A stretch of DNA of 64,000 bases from Malacoraja senta (lineage: Eukaryota), in assembly GCA_038087875.1 (NCBI GenBank), contig CM075994.1, positions 1,552,001 through 1,616,000 on the forward strand, read 5' to 3'. Every line of letters begins with the position of its first letter. Within the stretch, counting starts at the first letter, position 1. A model generated the notes under the pieces. It made no database searches. It was not told the origin of the DNA and saw only the letters and a list, made by a program, of their open reading frames with translations. Below are positions 1 to 11,229 of this stretch, piece after piece. A program made the position numbers and the translations under genes.

Positions 1-520
1 ATGCTGACTTTGTCCAATGATTTCACCACTTTCCAAATGTGCTGCTATCCCATCTTTAATAACTGACTCTCGCAGTTTCCCCACTACCGATGTTAGACTA
101 ACTGGTCTGTAATTCCCCGTTTTCTCTCTCCCTCCCTTCTTAAAAAGTGGGGTTACGTTTGCTACCCTCCAATCCTCAGGAACTACTCCAGAATCTAAAG
201 AATTTTGAAAAATTATCACTAATGCATCCACTATTTCTGGAGCTACTTCCTTAAGTACTCTGGGATGCAGCCTATCTGGCCCTGGTGATTTATCGGCCTT
301 TAATCCATTCAATTTACCCAACACCACTTCCCGACTAACCTGGATTTCACTCAGTTCCTCCATCTCCTTTGACCCGCGGCCCCCTGCTATTTCCGGCAGA
401 TTATTTATGTCTTCCTTAGTGAAGACGGAACCAAAGTAGTTATTCAATTGGTCCGCCATATCCTTGTTCCCCATGATCAATTCACCTGTTTCTGACTGCA
501 AGGGACCTACATTTGTTTTA
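1..520 (-). mobile_element. CR1-clade LINE ORF2 (reverse transcriptase region) fragment, cut by the window edge
   Basis: Near-identical to CR1 segments at ~27610-27843 and ~32101-32390; the reverse strand encodes VTPLFKKGGREKTGNYRPVSLTSVVGKL. Confidence 0.9.
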
Positions 521-544
521 TGCATGATTACAATGTGTTTACAT

Positions 545-915
545 CAAAGATAGACAGGTGACGGGGGGCTGATTGGTAGATGGTTGAACAAAGGCCAGAG
601 ATGGAGAGCCAAGAAGTATGAGGTAAGGAGAGAAGAAGTGCAAAATGTGAAGCCAGAGGAGGGAAGGAAGAGGAGAAATGGGTTCAAACCCAGGGGGGGG
701 GGGAAGAAGAAAAGAGGAGGGGGAGTTCTTAGTAAGTTGAAATCAGAGAATTTGTTGTTCGTACCACTGGGTTGTAAGCTGCCCAAGCGGAATATGAGGT
801 GCTGTTCCTCCAATTTACGTGTGGCCTCATCATGGCAATGCAGTCCTTCCAGGACTGAATCTTCAGTGTGGGAATGGGAAGGGGAGTTAAAATATTTAGA
901 AACCGGGAGATCCAG
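545..915 (-). mobile_element. Penelope-like element fragment (C-terminus of the GIY-YIG region plus pyrimidine-rich 3' UTR)
   Basis: The minus strand reads ..FNSPSHSH..RKLEEQHLIFRLGSLQPSGTN.., typical of vertebrate Penelope-like ORF ends. Confidence 0.75.
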
Positions 916-1797
916 CAGGTCTGCAAATCATACCCCATGGTTTACTGATCTGCTGATCCCTCTATCTTAGATGTGGTTTCATGCTTTGCACGTGTATCAT
1001 GCTCCATCGTTTCATTGAATTCATTGTTTGTATTACAGTGTAGAGTTTGTTGTGTTCACGGTGATCAGGTGAAGATTGGAGGCTGGTGTTTGATGCTGTT
1101 TATAGATTCCTCCTGCAGTAAATTATAGCTGTGAACTACATCAATGCTTGAACTGCATCTTAGCAAGATCAACTTACCACAGTGGTGAAGCTGGTAGAGC
1201 TGCTGTCTCACAGCGACCCGGGGTCGATCCTGACCTTGGATGCTGTCTGTGTGAAGTTTGCACGTTCCCCCTGTGACGGCGTAGGTTTCCTCCGGGTGCC
1301 CCAGTTTTCTCCTACATACCAACGACATGCGGGTTTGTAAGTTAATTGGCCTCTGTAAATTGCTCCTAGTTTAGAGATACAGCGTGGTAATAGGCCCGTT
1401 GTCCTACCGACCAGCGATCCCTGCACACTAGCACAATCCTACACACATTAGCCTACAAAACTGTACGTCTTTGGAGTGTGGGAGACACTGGAGCATCCTT
1501 GTGAAAACCCACGCGGTCACGGGGAGAACGTACAAACTCTGTACAGACAGCACCCGTAGTCAGTATTGAACCCAGGTCTCTGGAGCTGTAAGGCTGCAAC
1601 TTTACCGCTGAGCCACGGTGCCACCCCAAGTCTGTAGGGAGTGGATGTGACAGTGAGATAACAGAACTAACGTTTAGGTAGTGGATTCAGTGGCCCCTTT
1701 CTGAACCATCTTATTTCCTCCTGATTGTGAAACTTCCTGACCACCAACCTCAGCCGGGTTTCTGCGGAAGACTGAAACATGATTTATTGTATTACAG

Positions 1798-1893
1798 ATG
1801 CAGTCTTCTGTGAGAATACTGATGCTCGCTCCACTGAAGACAGACAGAAGAGAGCAAAGCAAACGTTTGATGAAATGATGAATTACATTCCAG
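1798..1893 (+). CDS. SNX14: Sorting nexin-14, internal coding exon (PXC region; [32 protein letters not shown])
   Basis: ag|ATG...CCAG|gt; 96 nt; phase 1/1; matches the recalled human SNX14 sequence DAIFCENTEPRS..AKQTFEEMMNYIP. Confidence 0.93.
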
Positions 1894-4264
1894 GTAGGAA
1901 GTTAGAGTGGTTCAGGGCTGGCAAGCCAACAGTGACAAACGCTGCTACTTCAGGAGCAAAGGGAACTGCTGTCATGAAGTTGGCCATGGTTTGCAATAAA
2001 AGCTGATTCAATTTTATTGTCTTTAAAACATCAGATGATGTTCCAAGTAAAAGCAGTTCTAGGTATTTCCCCAGCGGCCACTATATGAAGTGCGGCAGAG
2101 CCTCTATGTTCATGTCATAGTCATACAGCATGGAAATAGGCCCATTGGCCCAATACGTTCATGCCGACCAAGATGCTCCACCTAAACTATCCCATTTAGC
2201 TCGTATCCTTCTAAACCTTTCCCTATCCATGTACCTATCTAAGAGTCTTTTTGGAGAAAAAGGATAGGTGACGTTTCAGATCGGGACTCTTTAGACTTCT
2301 TCAGTCTGAAGAAGGGTCACGACCCAAAACGTCACCCATCCTTTTTCTCCAAAGATGCTGCCTGACCCGCTGAGTTACTCCAGCACTTTGTGTCCATCTT
2401 TAGTATAAGCCAGCATTGTTTGTGCCAAGTGTCTTTTAAATTCATTTATTGGAACATAAGTCCAAGTTACACAACAGAACATTGTCAATCGCTGAATAAA
2501 AACACACCCTGTTGTCATTTTTTTCCAATCTTGGACATGGACAGATTTCTGGCAGAGGCTTGTGTGATGCCAGTGGTCGCCTGAATTGTTTCTCTCCACA
2601 GACTTCCTGTTCAGCATTCTTTCAATGCCAGCAAAACTATGCTCGGACACAATTCCTAAAATTTAATCAGATGTGATTAAACAGAACCATGACCTTAAAC
2701 ATACAACATTTTCTCTGACATGCTATGCTCTAAGTAGTATAATGAATGCTGTGCTCCTGAGGGCCTTTACTGTTAGATTACGTTTTTTTTTAATTTGTTA
2801 ATTTCTCTGGTGCTGGGTGACTCTGGTAACACCAGCAGTTTAGCGCACATCCTGAACTACCATTGAAAACGTGGCCTGTGGCAGCCCAGTGGCGCAGCTG
2901 GTAGAGTTGCTGCCTCACAGCACAAGAGACCCGGGTTCAATCCTGATCTCGGGTGCTATCTGTGAGGAGTTTGCATGTTCTCCCTGTGACCACGTGGGTT
3001 TTTTCTGGGTGCTCAGGTTTCCTTCTACATCCTAAAGATGTGCGGGTTTGTAGGTTAATTGACCTCTGTAAATGTCCCTAGTGTGTAGGGAGTGGATGAG
3101 AAAGTGGGATAACATAGAACTTTGGGACCAAATGTGTCCTACTTGTAGCACTGAAGATCTGTGCTCCAGAAATATGCCTGTCACAGACTTATACAGCACA
3201 GAAACAGGCCCTTTGGCCCAACTTGCTACTGCTGACCAAGAAGTCCCACCTGTCTGCGTTTAGCCCATATCCCTCTGAACCTTTCCTATGCTTGTCCCTG
3301 TCAAAGTGCTTTTCAATGCTTTTGTGCCTGCCTCAATTACTTCCTCTGGAAGAAACTGTAGGTGCTGGTTTATACCGGATAGACACAAATGGCTGGAGTA
3401 TCTCTGCGGATCAGGCAGCATTTCTGGAGAAAAAGAATAGGTGACATTTTGAGTTGGAACCCTTCCTTAGGCTCAGAATGAATCTTAAGAAGGTTTCAGA
3501 TCCAAAATGTCACCTATTCCTCTTCTCCAGAGACGCTGCCTGACCCACTTAGTTGCTCCAGCATCTTGTGTCTAGGTCATTTAGTAAACCCACCATCCTT
3601 TGTGTGGAAAAAATTGCCCCTCAGGTTCCTATTAAATTTAGCCCCTCATACCTTAAACCTATGTCGTCTGGTTTTTGATTCCTCTTCCTTGGGTAAAAGA
3701 CTCTCAGTTGTCACAAGGCAAAAAGAATTGCAGTCTTGACGTTTCTGCTTTCAACGAGCATGGTGAGTGAGAGCTGTCATGCTCAGCTTATCCGTACCAC
3801 CTTTTATCACTGCGATAACTTACTCAGAACACCTCATTGTAGTTTAGTTTATTGTCACGTGTACACTGTACAGGAACAGTGAAAAGCTTTTTTGTTGCAT
3901 GATGTCCAGTCAGCGGATTGGATAGCACACAATTTGGTAATCCACTTTTTGCCATGGATGGTAAATATACAAAATGGATGCATGCAAGGAAGCAACTTTT
4001 GGACATTTGCATTAAAACTTTATATAATTTGGATCTACACACCTATAAGACTGTCACTTTGCACTAGCACTACTTACATGCCATGTCTTGAGACAAATCA
4101 GACATAGAATGCTGTGCTGTACTGTTCTCCGTTCTCCTCTACAGTTTAGAGATACAGCGCTGAAATAGGCCCTTCAGGTCACCGAGCGATGATCACCCCG
4201 AACATTAGCACTATCTTACACATTAGGGACATTTTAACAACTTACCAAAGCTAATTAACCAATA

Positions 4265-6003
4265 GAGTGCCCTCCATAAATAACGACCCATCATTAATTT
4301 ATTTGTCTCTGTACTCCACGATTTGAGATAAATCACATGTGGTTAAAGTGCACATTGTCAGATTTTAATAAAGGCCATTTTAATACATTTTGATTTCACC
4401 ATGTAGAAATTACAGCAGTGTTTATACATAGTCCCCCCATTTCAGGGCACCATAATGTTTAGGACACAACAATGTCATGTAAATGAAAGTCGTCATATTT
4501 AGTATTTTGTTGCATATCCTTTGCATGCAATGACTGCTTGGTCTGTAATTCATGGACATCACCAGTGGCTGGGTGTCTTCTCTGGTGATGCTCTGCCAGG
4601 CCTCTATTGCAGCCATATTTAGCTTATGCTTGTTTTGGGGGTTAGTCACCCTCAGTTTTCCCTTCAGCATATAAAAGGCATGCTCAATTGTGCTCGGATC
4701 GGGTGATTGACTTGGCCACTACAGAATGGACCATTTTTTAGCTTTGAAAAACTCCTTTGTTGCTTTAGCAGTATATTTGGGATCATTGTCTTGCTGTAGA
4801 ATGAACCGCCGGCCATCTAGGATGTGTTTATACACTTCAGAATTCATTATGCTACTACCATCAGCAGTTGTATCATCAATGAAGATAAGTGAGCCAGTAC
4901 CTTCAGCAGCCATACATGCCCAGGCCATAACACCCCCACCACCGTGTTTCACAAATGAGGTGGTATGCTTTGGATCTTGGGCAGTTCCTTCTCTCCTCCA
5001 AACTTTGCTCTTGCCATCACTCATATATATGTTAATCTTTGTCTCATCTGTCCACAAGACCTTTCTCCAGAAATGTGGTTGCCCTTTTAAATACTTCTTG
5101 GCAAACTGTAACCCGGCCATCCTATTTTTGCGGCTAACCAGTGGTTTGCATCTTGCAGTGTAGCCACTGTATTTCTGTTCATGAAGTCTTCTGCGGACAG
5201 TGGTCATTGGGGTGGAAGATTGCAACCTTCACGTGGTCCACCCTGTTTCGACTAATGCAATCAACTCGACGTGCACAAACGGAAGATCAAATAGAACAAG
5301 TTGTCCAACAACTTTAGGCTGTGCACGCCACACGAAAGAAGAAGTGGTCATTGACAAATCCACACCTGACTCCTGAAGAGTGTTTCTGATCTGTCGGACA
5401 GGTGTTTGGGGATTTTTCTTTATTATAGAGAGAATTCTTCTGTCATCAGCTGTGGTCTTCCTTGGCCTTCCAGTCCCTTTGCGATTAGTAAGCTCACCAG
5501 TGCTCTCTTTCTTCTTAATGATGTTCCAAACAGTTGATTTTGGTAAGCCTAATGTTTGGCCGATGTCTCTAATAGTTTTATTCTTGTTTCTCAGTCTCAT
5601 AATGGCTCCTTTGACTTTCATTGGCACAACATTGGTCTTCGTGTTGATAAACAGCAATAAAAGTTTCCAAAGGTGATGGAAAGACTGGAGGAAAGACTAG
5701 GTGCTGGGAGCTCTGTTATACCTGCATTAAGGAGGCAATTAAACACACCTGAGCAATTACAAACACCTGTGAAGTCATGTGTCCCAAACATTATGGTGCC
5801 CTGAAATGTGGGGACTATGTATTTCTACAGCTGTAATTTCTACATGGTGAAACCAAAATGTATAAAAATGGCCTTTATTAAAATCTGACAATGTGCACTT
5901 TAACCACATGTGATTTTTTTTCTATTACAAATCTCAAATTGTGGAGTTCAGAGGCAAATAAATAAATGATGGGGCTTTGACCCAAACTTTATGGAGGGCA
6001 CTG
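4265..6003 (-). mobile_element. Tc1/mariner DNA transposon with IR/DR-type long TIRs and a degenerate transposase
   Basis: ~220-bp inverted repeats (from 4265 and ending at 6003), each with outer and inner direct repeats; TA at 4263-4264 and 6004-6005. Transposase fragments include an HTH, GRPRKT, VLWTDETK, KHGGGGVMAW and ILQQDNDPK. Confidence 0.93.
5210..5342 (+). mobile_element. Short retroposed insert with a (GAA)n tail, probably an Ingi/Vingi-type 3' end, interrupting the Tc1 transposase
   Basis: 11-bp target-site duplication AGTGGTCATTG (5199-5209 and 5343-5353); ends ACGAAAGAAGAA; a related reverse copy lies at ~56210-56282. Confidence 0.75.
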
Positions 6004-6808
6004 TAAATCTGCCCGTCTTTCGGATGTGGGAGGAAACCGGAGCACCCGGAGAAAACCCACCGATCACAGGGAGAATGTTCAAACTCCATGCAAACAGCAG
6101 CCGTAGTCAGGATTGAACTCGAGTCTCTGGCGCTGTAAGGCAGCAACTCTGCCGCTGTGCCTATTGACTGAAAATAGTTTCTTCTGCATTCCCGTTTTGT
6201 TTTCTGCCCGCATTATTCAAAGATTGGGATATATAACGTTTTTAGCAGAAAAATAACTTTGAGTTGGCAACAGTTCAGTGTACTTGATTTCTGAAAATCT
6301 CCTCCTGTAAATAGTGTTCATTGTGAGTACATTGTCTCTTAAACCAGCAGCGAGGTGGTGGGGCATGGGGATGTGGTGAGGATGTGGTGACAGTGCTGGA
6401 TTATGAACCGATCTCGTTACGCTGAGACTGAGAGGGGCAGACCAGAGACAGGGACTATCACAGAAGCCAATCTTCAGTCAATTTGATTCATCCCTGTGTT
6501 ATTGGAAGTGTCTGAGTGCACTGGATACAGCAGAGGCTTTGGGACTAGACGTATCCCGGTTATAGTTCTAAAGATCCGTGCTCCAAAAATATGCTTTTGC
6601 CCAAGTTATAGCGTCATCGCGTCATATAGCACAGAAACGGGCCCTCTGGCCCAACTTGCCAACGCCGACCAAGATGCCCCATCTATGCAAATCCCACCTG
6701 CCCACGTTTGGCCCATATCCCTGTAGATCTTTTCTATCCATGAACCCGTCCAGTGTCTTTTCATTTATTGGACCCTAAGTCCACGTTTCACAGCAGAGAG
6801 ATAAGAAC

Positions 6809-7012
6809 TGTTAAGTACTGGAGTCAGATACTTAAATAACCATCGAGAAACCATCAGGTAAAACCAACGTGCCTTTAATCATGGTTTCAGAGGGGGAAAA
6901 GAAGAAAGAGAGGTCACACTACCACCAGGGCTTTTATACTAAGCAAGCCCCCTTTTGTGGCTACCGGTATTACAATAGGTGTATGATATCTCTTAAAGGG
7001 GCATACACCACA
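6809..7012 (-). mobile_element. Solo LTR (Gypsy/ERV-type), 204 bp
   Basis: TG...CA ends; 5-bp TSD AGAAC (6804-6808 and 7013-7017); on the minus strand TATAAAAG followed by ATTAAA; absent from the paralogous segment at ~2470. Confidence 0.8.
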
Positions 7013-7584
7013 AGAACATTGTCAATTACTGAATAAAAAGACACCCTGTTGTAATTTCTTTCCAAACTAGGACATCTACAGATTTCTGGCAGAGGCTTGT
7101 GTGTTGCTTCCTCTCTCCACAGAACCGCTGTTCAGCATTCTTTCAATGCCAGCAAAACTCTGCTCAGACAAAATTCCTAACATTTAATCAGATGTGATTA
7201 AACAAAATCATGACCTTGTACATACAATTTTTTCTGTCACGTGCTCTGCACAAAGTAGTACTTTAGAAATACAGTGCGGAAATGTGTCCTTCAGCCCACC
7301 GACTCTATGCCGTCCAGCGAACCTGGTCTCTGGTGATAAAAGGCAGCAACTCTACCACTGTGACACCCAATTAGTATAATGAATGCTGTGCTCCTGAGGG
7401 CCTTTACTGTTGGGTTCCGAGAGTTTTTGAAAAAAAAATATTTCTTCATATCTTTGCAACTGGGTGACTCTGGTTACGCTAGCATTTATCGCACATGCTG
7501 TACTGGCCTTCAGAAGGTGGCCTTTAGTCCATATCCCTCCAAATCTTTCCCGTCGATGTACCTGTCCAAGTGTCTTTTAAATGA

Positions 7585-7962
7585 TCAAATTAGACACAAA
7601 GTGCTGGAGTAACTCAGCAGGTCAGACAGCATCTCTGGAGAAAAGGAACAGGTGATTTTGGCAGGAACCCTTCAGACTGAAAGTGGAGGTGAGGTGTGGG
7701 CAGAGAAGAACTGGAGGTGGGAAAAGGCCAGAACAAATCAGCAAATCCTGCCATTTGTTGTTGTCCCTGATTTGATCTGGCCTTTTCATATCTCCAGTTT
7801 CCCCCCCCCCCCGCTCCCCCTCAACTTTCATTCTGAAGAAGGATTCTGACCCGAAACGTCACCTGTTCTTTTTCTCCAGCAATGCTGTCTGACCCACTGA
7901 GTTGCTCCATCACTTTGTGTTTATCTTCTGTGTAAACCAGCTTCTGCAGTCCCTTCCTACAT
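7585..7962. mobile_element. Fold-back Penelope-derived non-autonomous insertion
   Basis: Inverted arms (CACAAAGTGCTGGAGTAACTCAG...); flanking duplication TGTCTTTTAAATG; CTGAAGA...GAAACGTC core at ~7833-7860. Confidence 0.7.
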
Positions 7963-8299
7963 GTCTTTTAAATGTTGTTATAGTACCTCAAGTCCCTCCT
8001 CTAGCAGTTCATTCCATTCCGCCACCACCCGCTGTGGGAGTATATCAATGTGTACTCAGGTGGACTTCATTCACAAAAAGTGGGCTTGTTATGGCCAAAT
8101 CAGTCTACTCAGTCATCAGCAGAATGATAGAAGCTGTCATTGTGGATACCACTTATCGCTCACTTAGGAAGTCACGGTGCAGCTTTATAGGACTTTTCAT
8201 AGGCTGCATTTGGAGGTTTTTGTGCTGTTCTGCTCGCCCCATTATTGCTGGAGGTTTTGGTGAGGCTGCAGAAGAGGTTTACCTGAATGCTGTCTGGAT

Positions 8300-8660
8300 T
8301 AAGGACGTGATTCATCCCGGTCACTCTCTCTTCTCCCCTTTCCCATCAGGCAAGAGGTATAGAAGTATGAAAACGCACACCTCCAGATTCAGGGACTGTT
8401 TCTTCCCAGCTGTTATCAGGCAAATGAACCATCCAACCAATAAATAGAGTGCAGTCCTGATCTACTATCTGCCCTCAGACTATCTTTAATCAGACTTTAC
8501 TGGACTTTGTCTTGCACTAAACATGATTCCCTTTATTCTGTATCTTTATACTGTGGATGGCTCGATTGTAATCATGTATTGTCTTTCCGCTGACTGGTTA
8601 GCACGCAACAAAAGCTTTTCACTGTACCTCGATACACGTGACAATAAACTAAACTAAATG
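8300..8660 (+). mobile_element. Rex/Babar-type LINE 3' fragment
   Basis: Encodes HPGHSLFSPFPSGKRYRSMKTHTSRFRDCFFPAVIR and ends GTGACAATAAACTAAAC; similar fragments recur across the window. Confidence 0.7.
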
Positions 8661-10740
8661 AGGATATTAACTAGAAGGAGATATTGACAAATTTGAATTG
8701 TTTTCTCTGGAGCGTTGGAGGCTGAGGGGAGACCCGACAGGATTATAAAGATATGGGAGGCCTAGATAGGGTAAACACTCAAAAGCATTTTCCCCAAGGT
8801 GGAAATATCAAAGACTAGATGGCGTAGGTTTAAAGTGAGAGGGCTAAAGCTTAAAGGAGATGCACAGACATATGTTTTCCACGAGAAATGGTGGGTGCCT
8901 GGAATGTGCTGCCAGGAATGGTGGTGGAGGCAGGTACGATAGTTGTTTATGAGGCTTTTAGATAGGCACATGAAAATGCAGGGCATGGGGGAATGTGGGT
9001 CATGTGCCGGCAGAGGAGATTAGTTTATCTTGGCGGCATGTTCGGCACAGCCTGTTCCTGTGCCTCTGTACTCACCATATGCATGCGCACTGATGCCCAG
9101 CTTGAATTTTGCCCAGGAAATGTAGCTCCAGACATGATTACGACCTTGGTTCCAGAGCTGAGGTTAGAGCAAATGCCCATGACAGCAGGTAGTATTTGTC
9201 CAAGCGCAGATTGAAGGAAGCCGAATAAATGCAATGGTGCTTTTAGTGCCACATGTGCTAAGTGCAAACGCACATTGAAATTATTTTCTTACAAACAGTC
9301 TAGTAGAGAATTGCCAAACCTATTGCCAAAACTTAGCACAATCCCCAATTAGCAAATGGTAAAGAAATTGTCTACGGATCCTGCACGCAATAGGCACCAT
9401 TTTCAGTCCAGTCTCCCTCTAGCTGTTATGAGCGGTGCCTGTTCCAGGCCAGTCCCAGGCTGCTGCGGGCCTTCAGCCATCGCTATCCTTGGATGCGACG
9501 TCCCTCTCTTCGCCCGTCCACCTTTGTTCCTCAGGGGTGCCTCCTGCAGCCGACCTCAAGAGACGCGGCTAGACCTTGGTTCCCTCTCCTCCACTATCGT
9601 CCTTGCTCCCCACCCATTGTTGTCACCACCTCCCTGGTCGCTGCTCTTGGGGAACGAGCAGAGGTCGACTGGGCAGCTTCCCCCTGCAGGCTCCGTCTTG
9701 CGTCCGGCCGAGCAAGGGTCACAGCCCTCTTGGAGCTTAATTGTGAAATTAAGAGGAAAATACTCCTGACATGAAAATGATAAGTGTGCAAATTTGAAAA
9801 TGATGGTCAGATGTACATTCATTGTGTGAGAAGGAGGGATTTTGTTTCAGAAAACTACCAACTGAAAACGACCTGCGTTTGTACTGAACACATTCCACCT
9901 CATAAGTTATAGGAGCAGAATTAGGCCATTCAGCCCATCAAGTCTACTCTGCCATTCAATCATGACTGATCTATCTTTCCCTCTCAGCCCCATTCACCTC
10001 CCCATAACCCCTGACACCCGTACTAATCAAGAGTCTGTCAATCTCCGCCTTAAAAATATCCATTGACTTGGCTTCCACAGTCGTCTGTGGCAATGAATTC
10101 CACAGATTCATCACCCTCTAACTAAAACAATTCCTCCTCATCTACACATAAAAGGTACGTCCTTTTATTCTGAGGCTATGGTCTCTTGTCCTAGACTCTC
10201 ACTCCCACCATTCACTCTATCCAGTCCTTTCACTGTTCGGTAAGTTACAGTGAGGTCCCCCCCCTCATCCTTCTAAACTCTTGGCCGAGACTTTGGCTTA
10301 TAAGCATTAATAAGTTCACACCAACGCCTCCACTTCCTTAAAAGACCGAGGCATGTCTCCAATAACTCACAAACGCCTACAGATGCACCATACAAAGCGC
10401 ACTATTAGGTTGCATCACAGTTTGGTTTGGGAACAGCTCTGCTCAAGACCACAAGAAACCAGAGTTGTATAAGTAGCCCAGTCCATCCCACAGACCAGAC
10501 TCTCCACCAATGACTCCATCTACACCATGCTGCCTCGGAAAAGCATAATCAAAGACTGATCCCATCGTGGTTATTCCTCCCTCTCCCTCGATCTCCTTAT
10601 TGTACTTAAGTTTGACATAATTGTATTTATGTATAATATCTGAACCTGGAATGCATGTGACAATAATAAACCTAGACATGGTACGGGTTGATTGTACTTA
10701 TTATTTTATCGGTTGCTAAACCAGTTTCTTTACTTGGCAG

Positions 10741-10832
10741 ATTACTTTGTGAAGTGCATTGGGGAAGAAGCGAAGTATGAGGGGATTAGACTGCTGTTTG
10801 AGGGGCTGCAGCAGCCTGTCCTGAACAAACAG
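10741..10832 (+). CDS. SNX14: Sorting nexin-14 coding exon ([31 protein letters not shown])
   Basis: ag|...CAG|gt; 92 nt; phase 1/0; in frame with the neighbouring exons. Confidence 0.95.
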
Positions 10833-11229
10833 GTCAGTGCATCGCGGTCGTTCGAGTCTTATCTCATCGCACACAGACTCTGATCAGCCACAAACCACAG
10901 GGTTTGGACTAAGCAGGGGAATGCATTTCCCACGCATTTTCCGTCTTACAGCTATGTCTCCTTTCGTCAGACTAATTCATCGATGTTTGTGAAAGCTCAA
11001 AAGCTGGGTTGGTCCATTTTCCAAAGACTCGTTTTAAGATGGATTCAGGATGGCTTTGTATTGAACCAGTCAAGAGTGTTTTATTGTCATATGTCCCAGA
11101 TAGAACAATGAAAATATGTAAACATAGTACACTGTAAACAATATGATAAACGAGAGAGAAAAAAGTTCTGTGTGTGTGTATATATACACATACTCACAAG
11201 TACACACACACACACACTCAAAAAACAAA

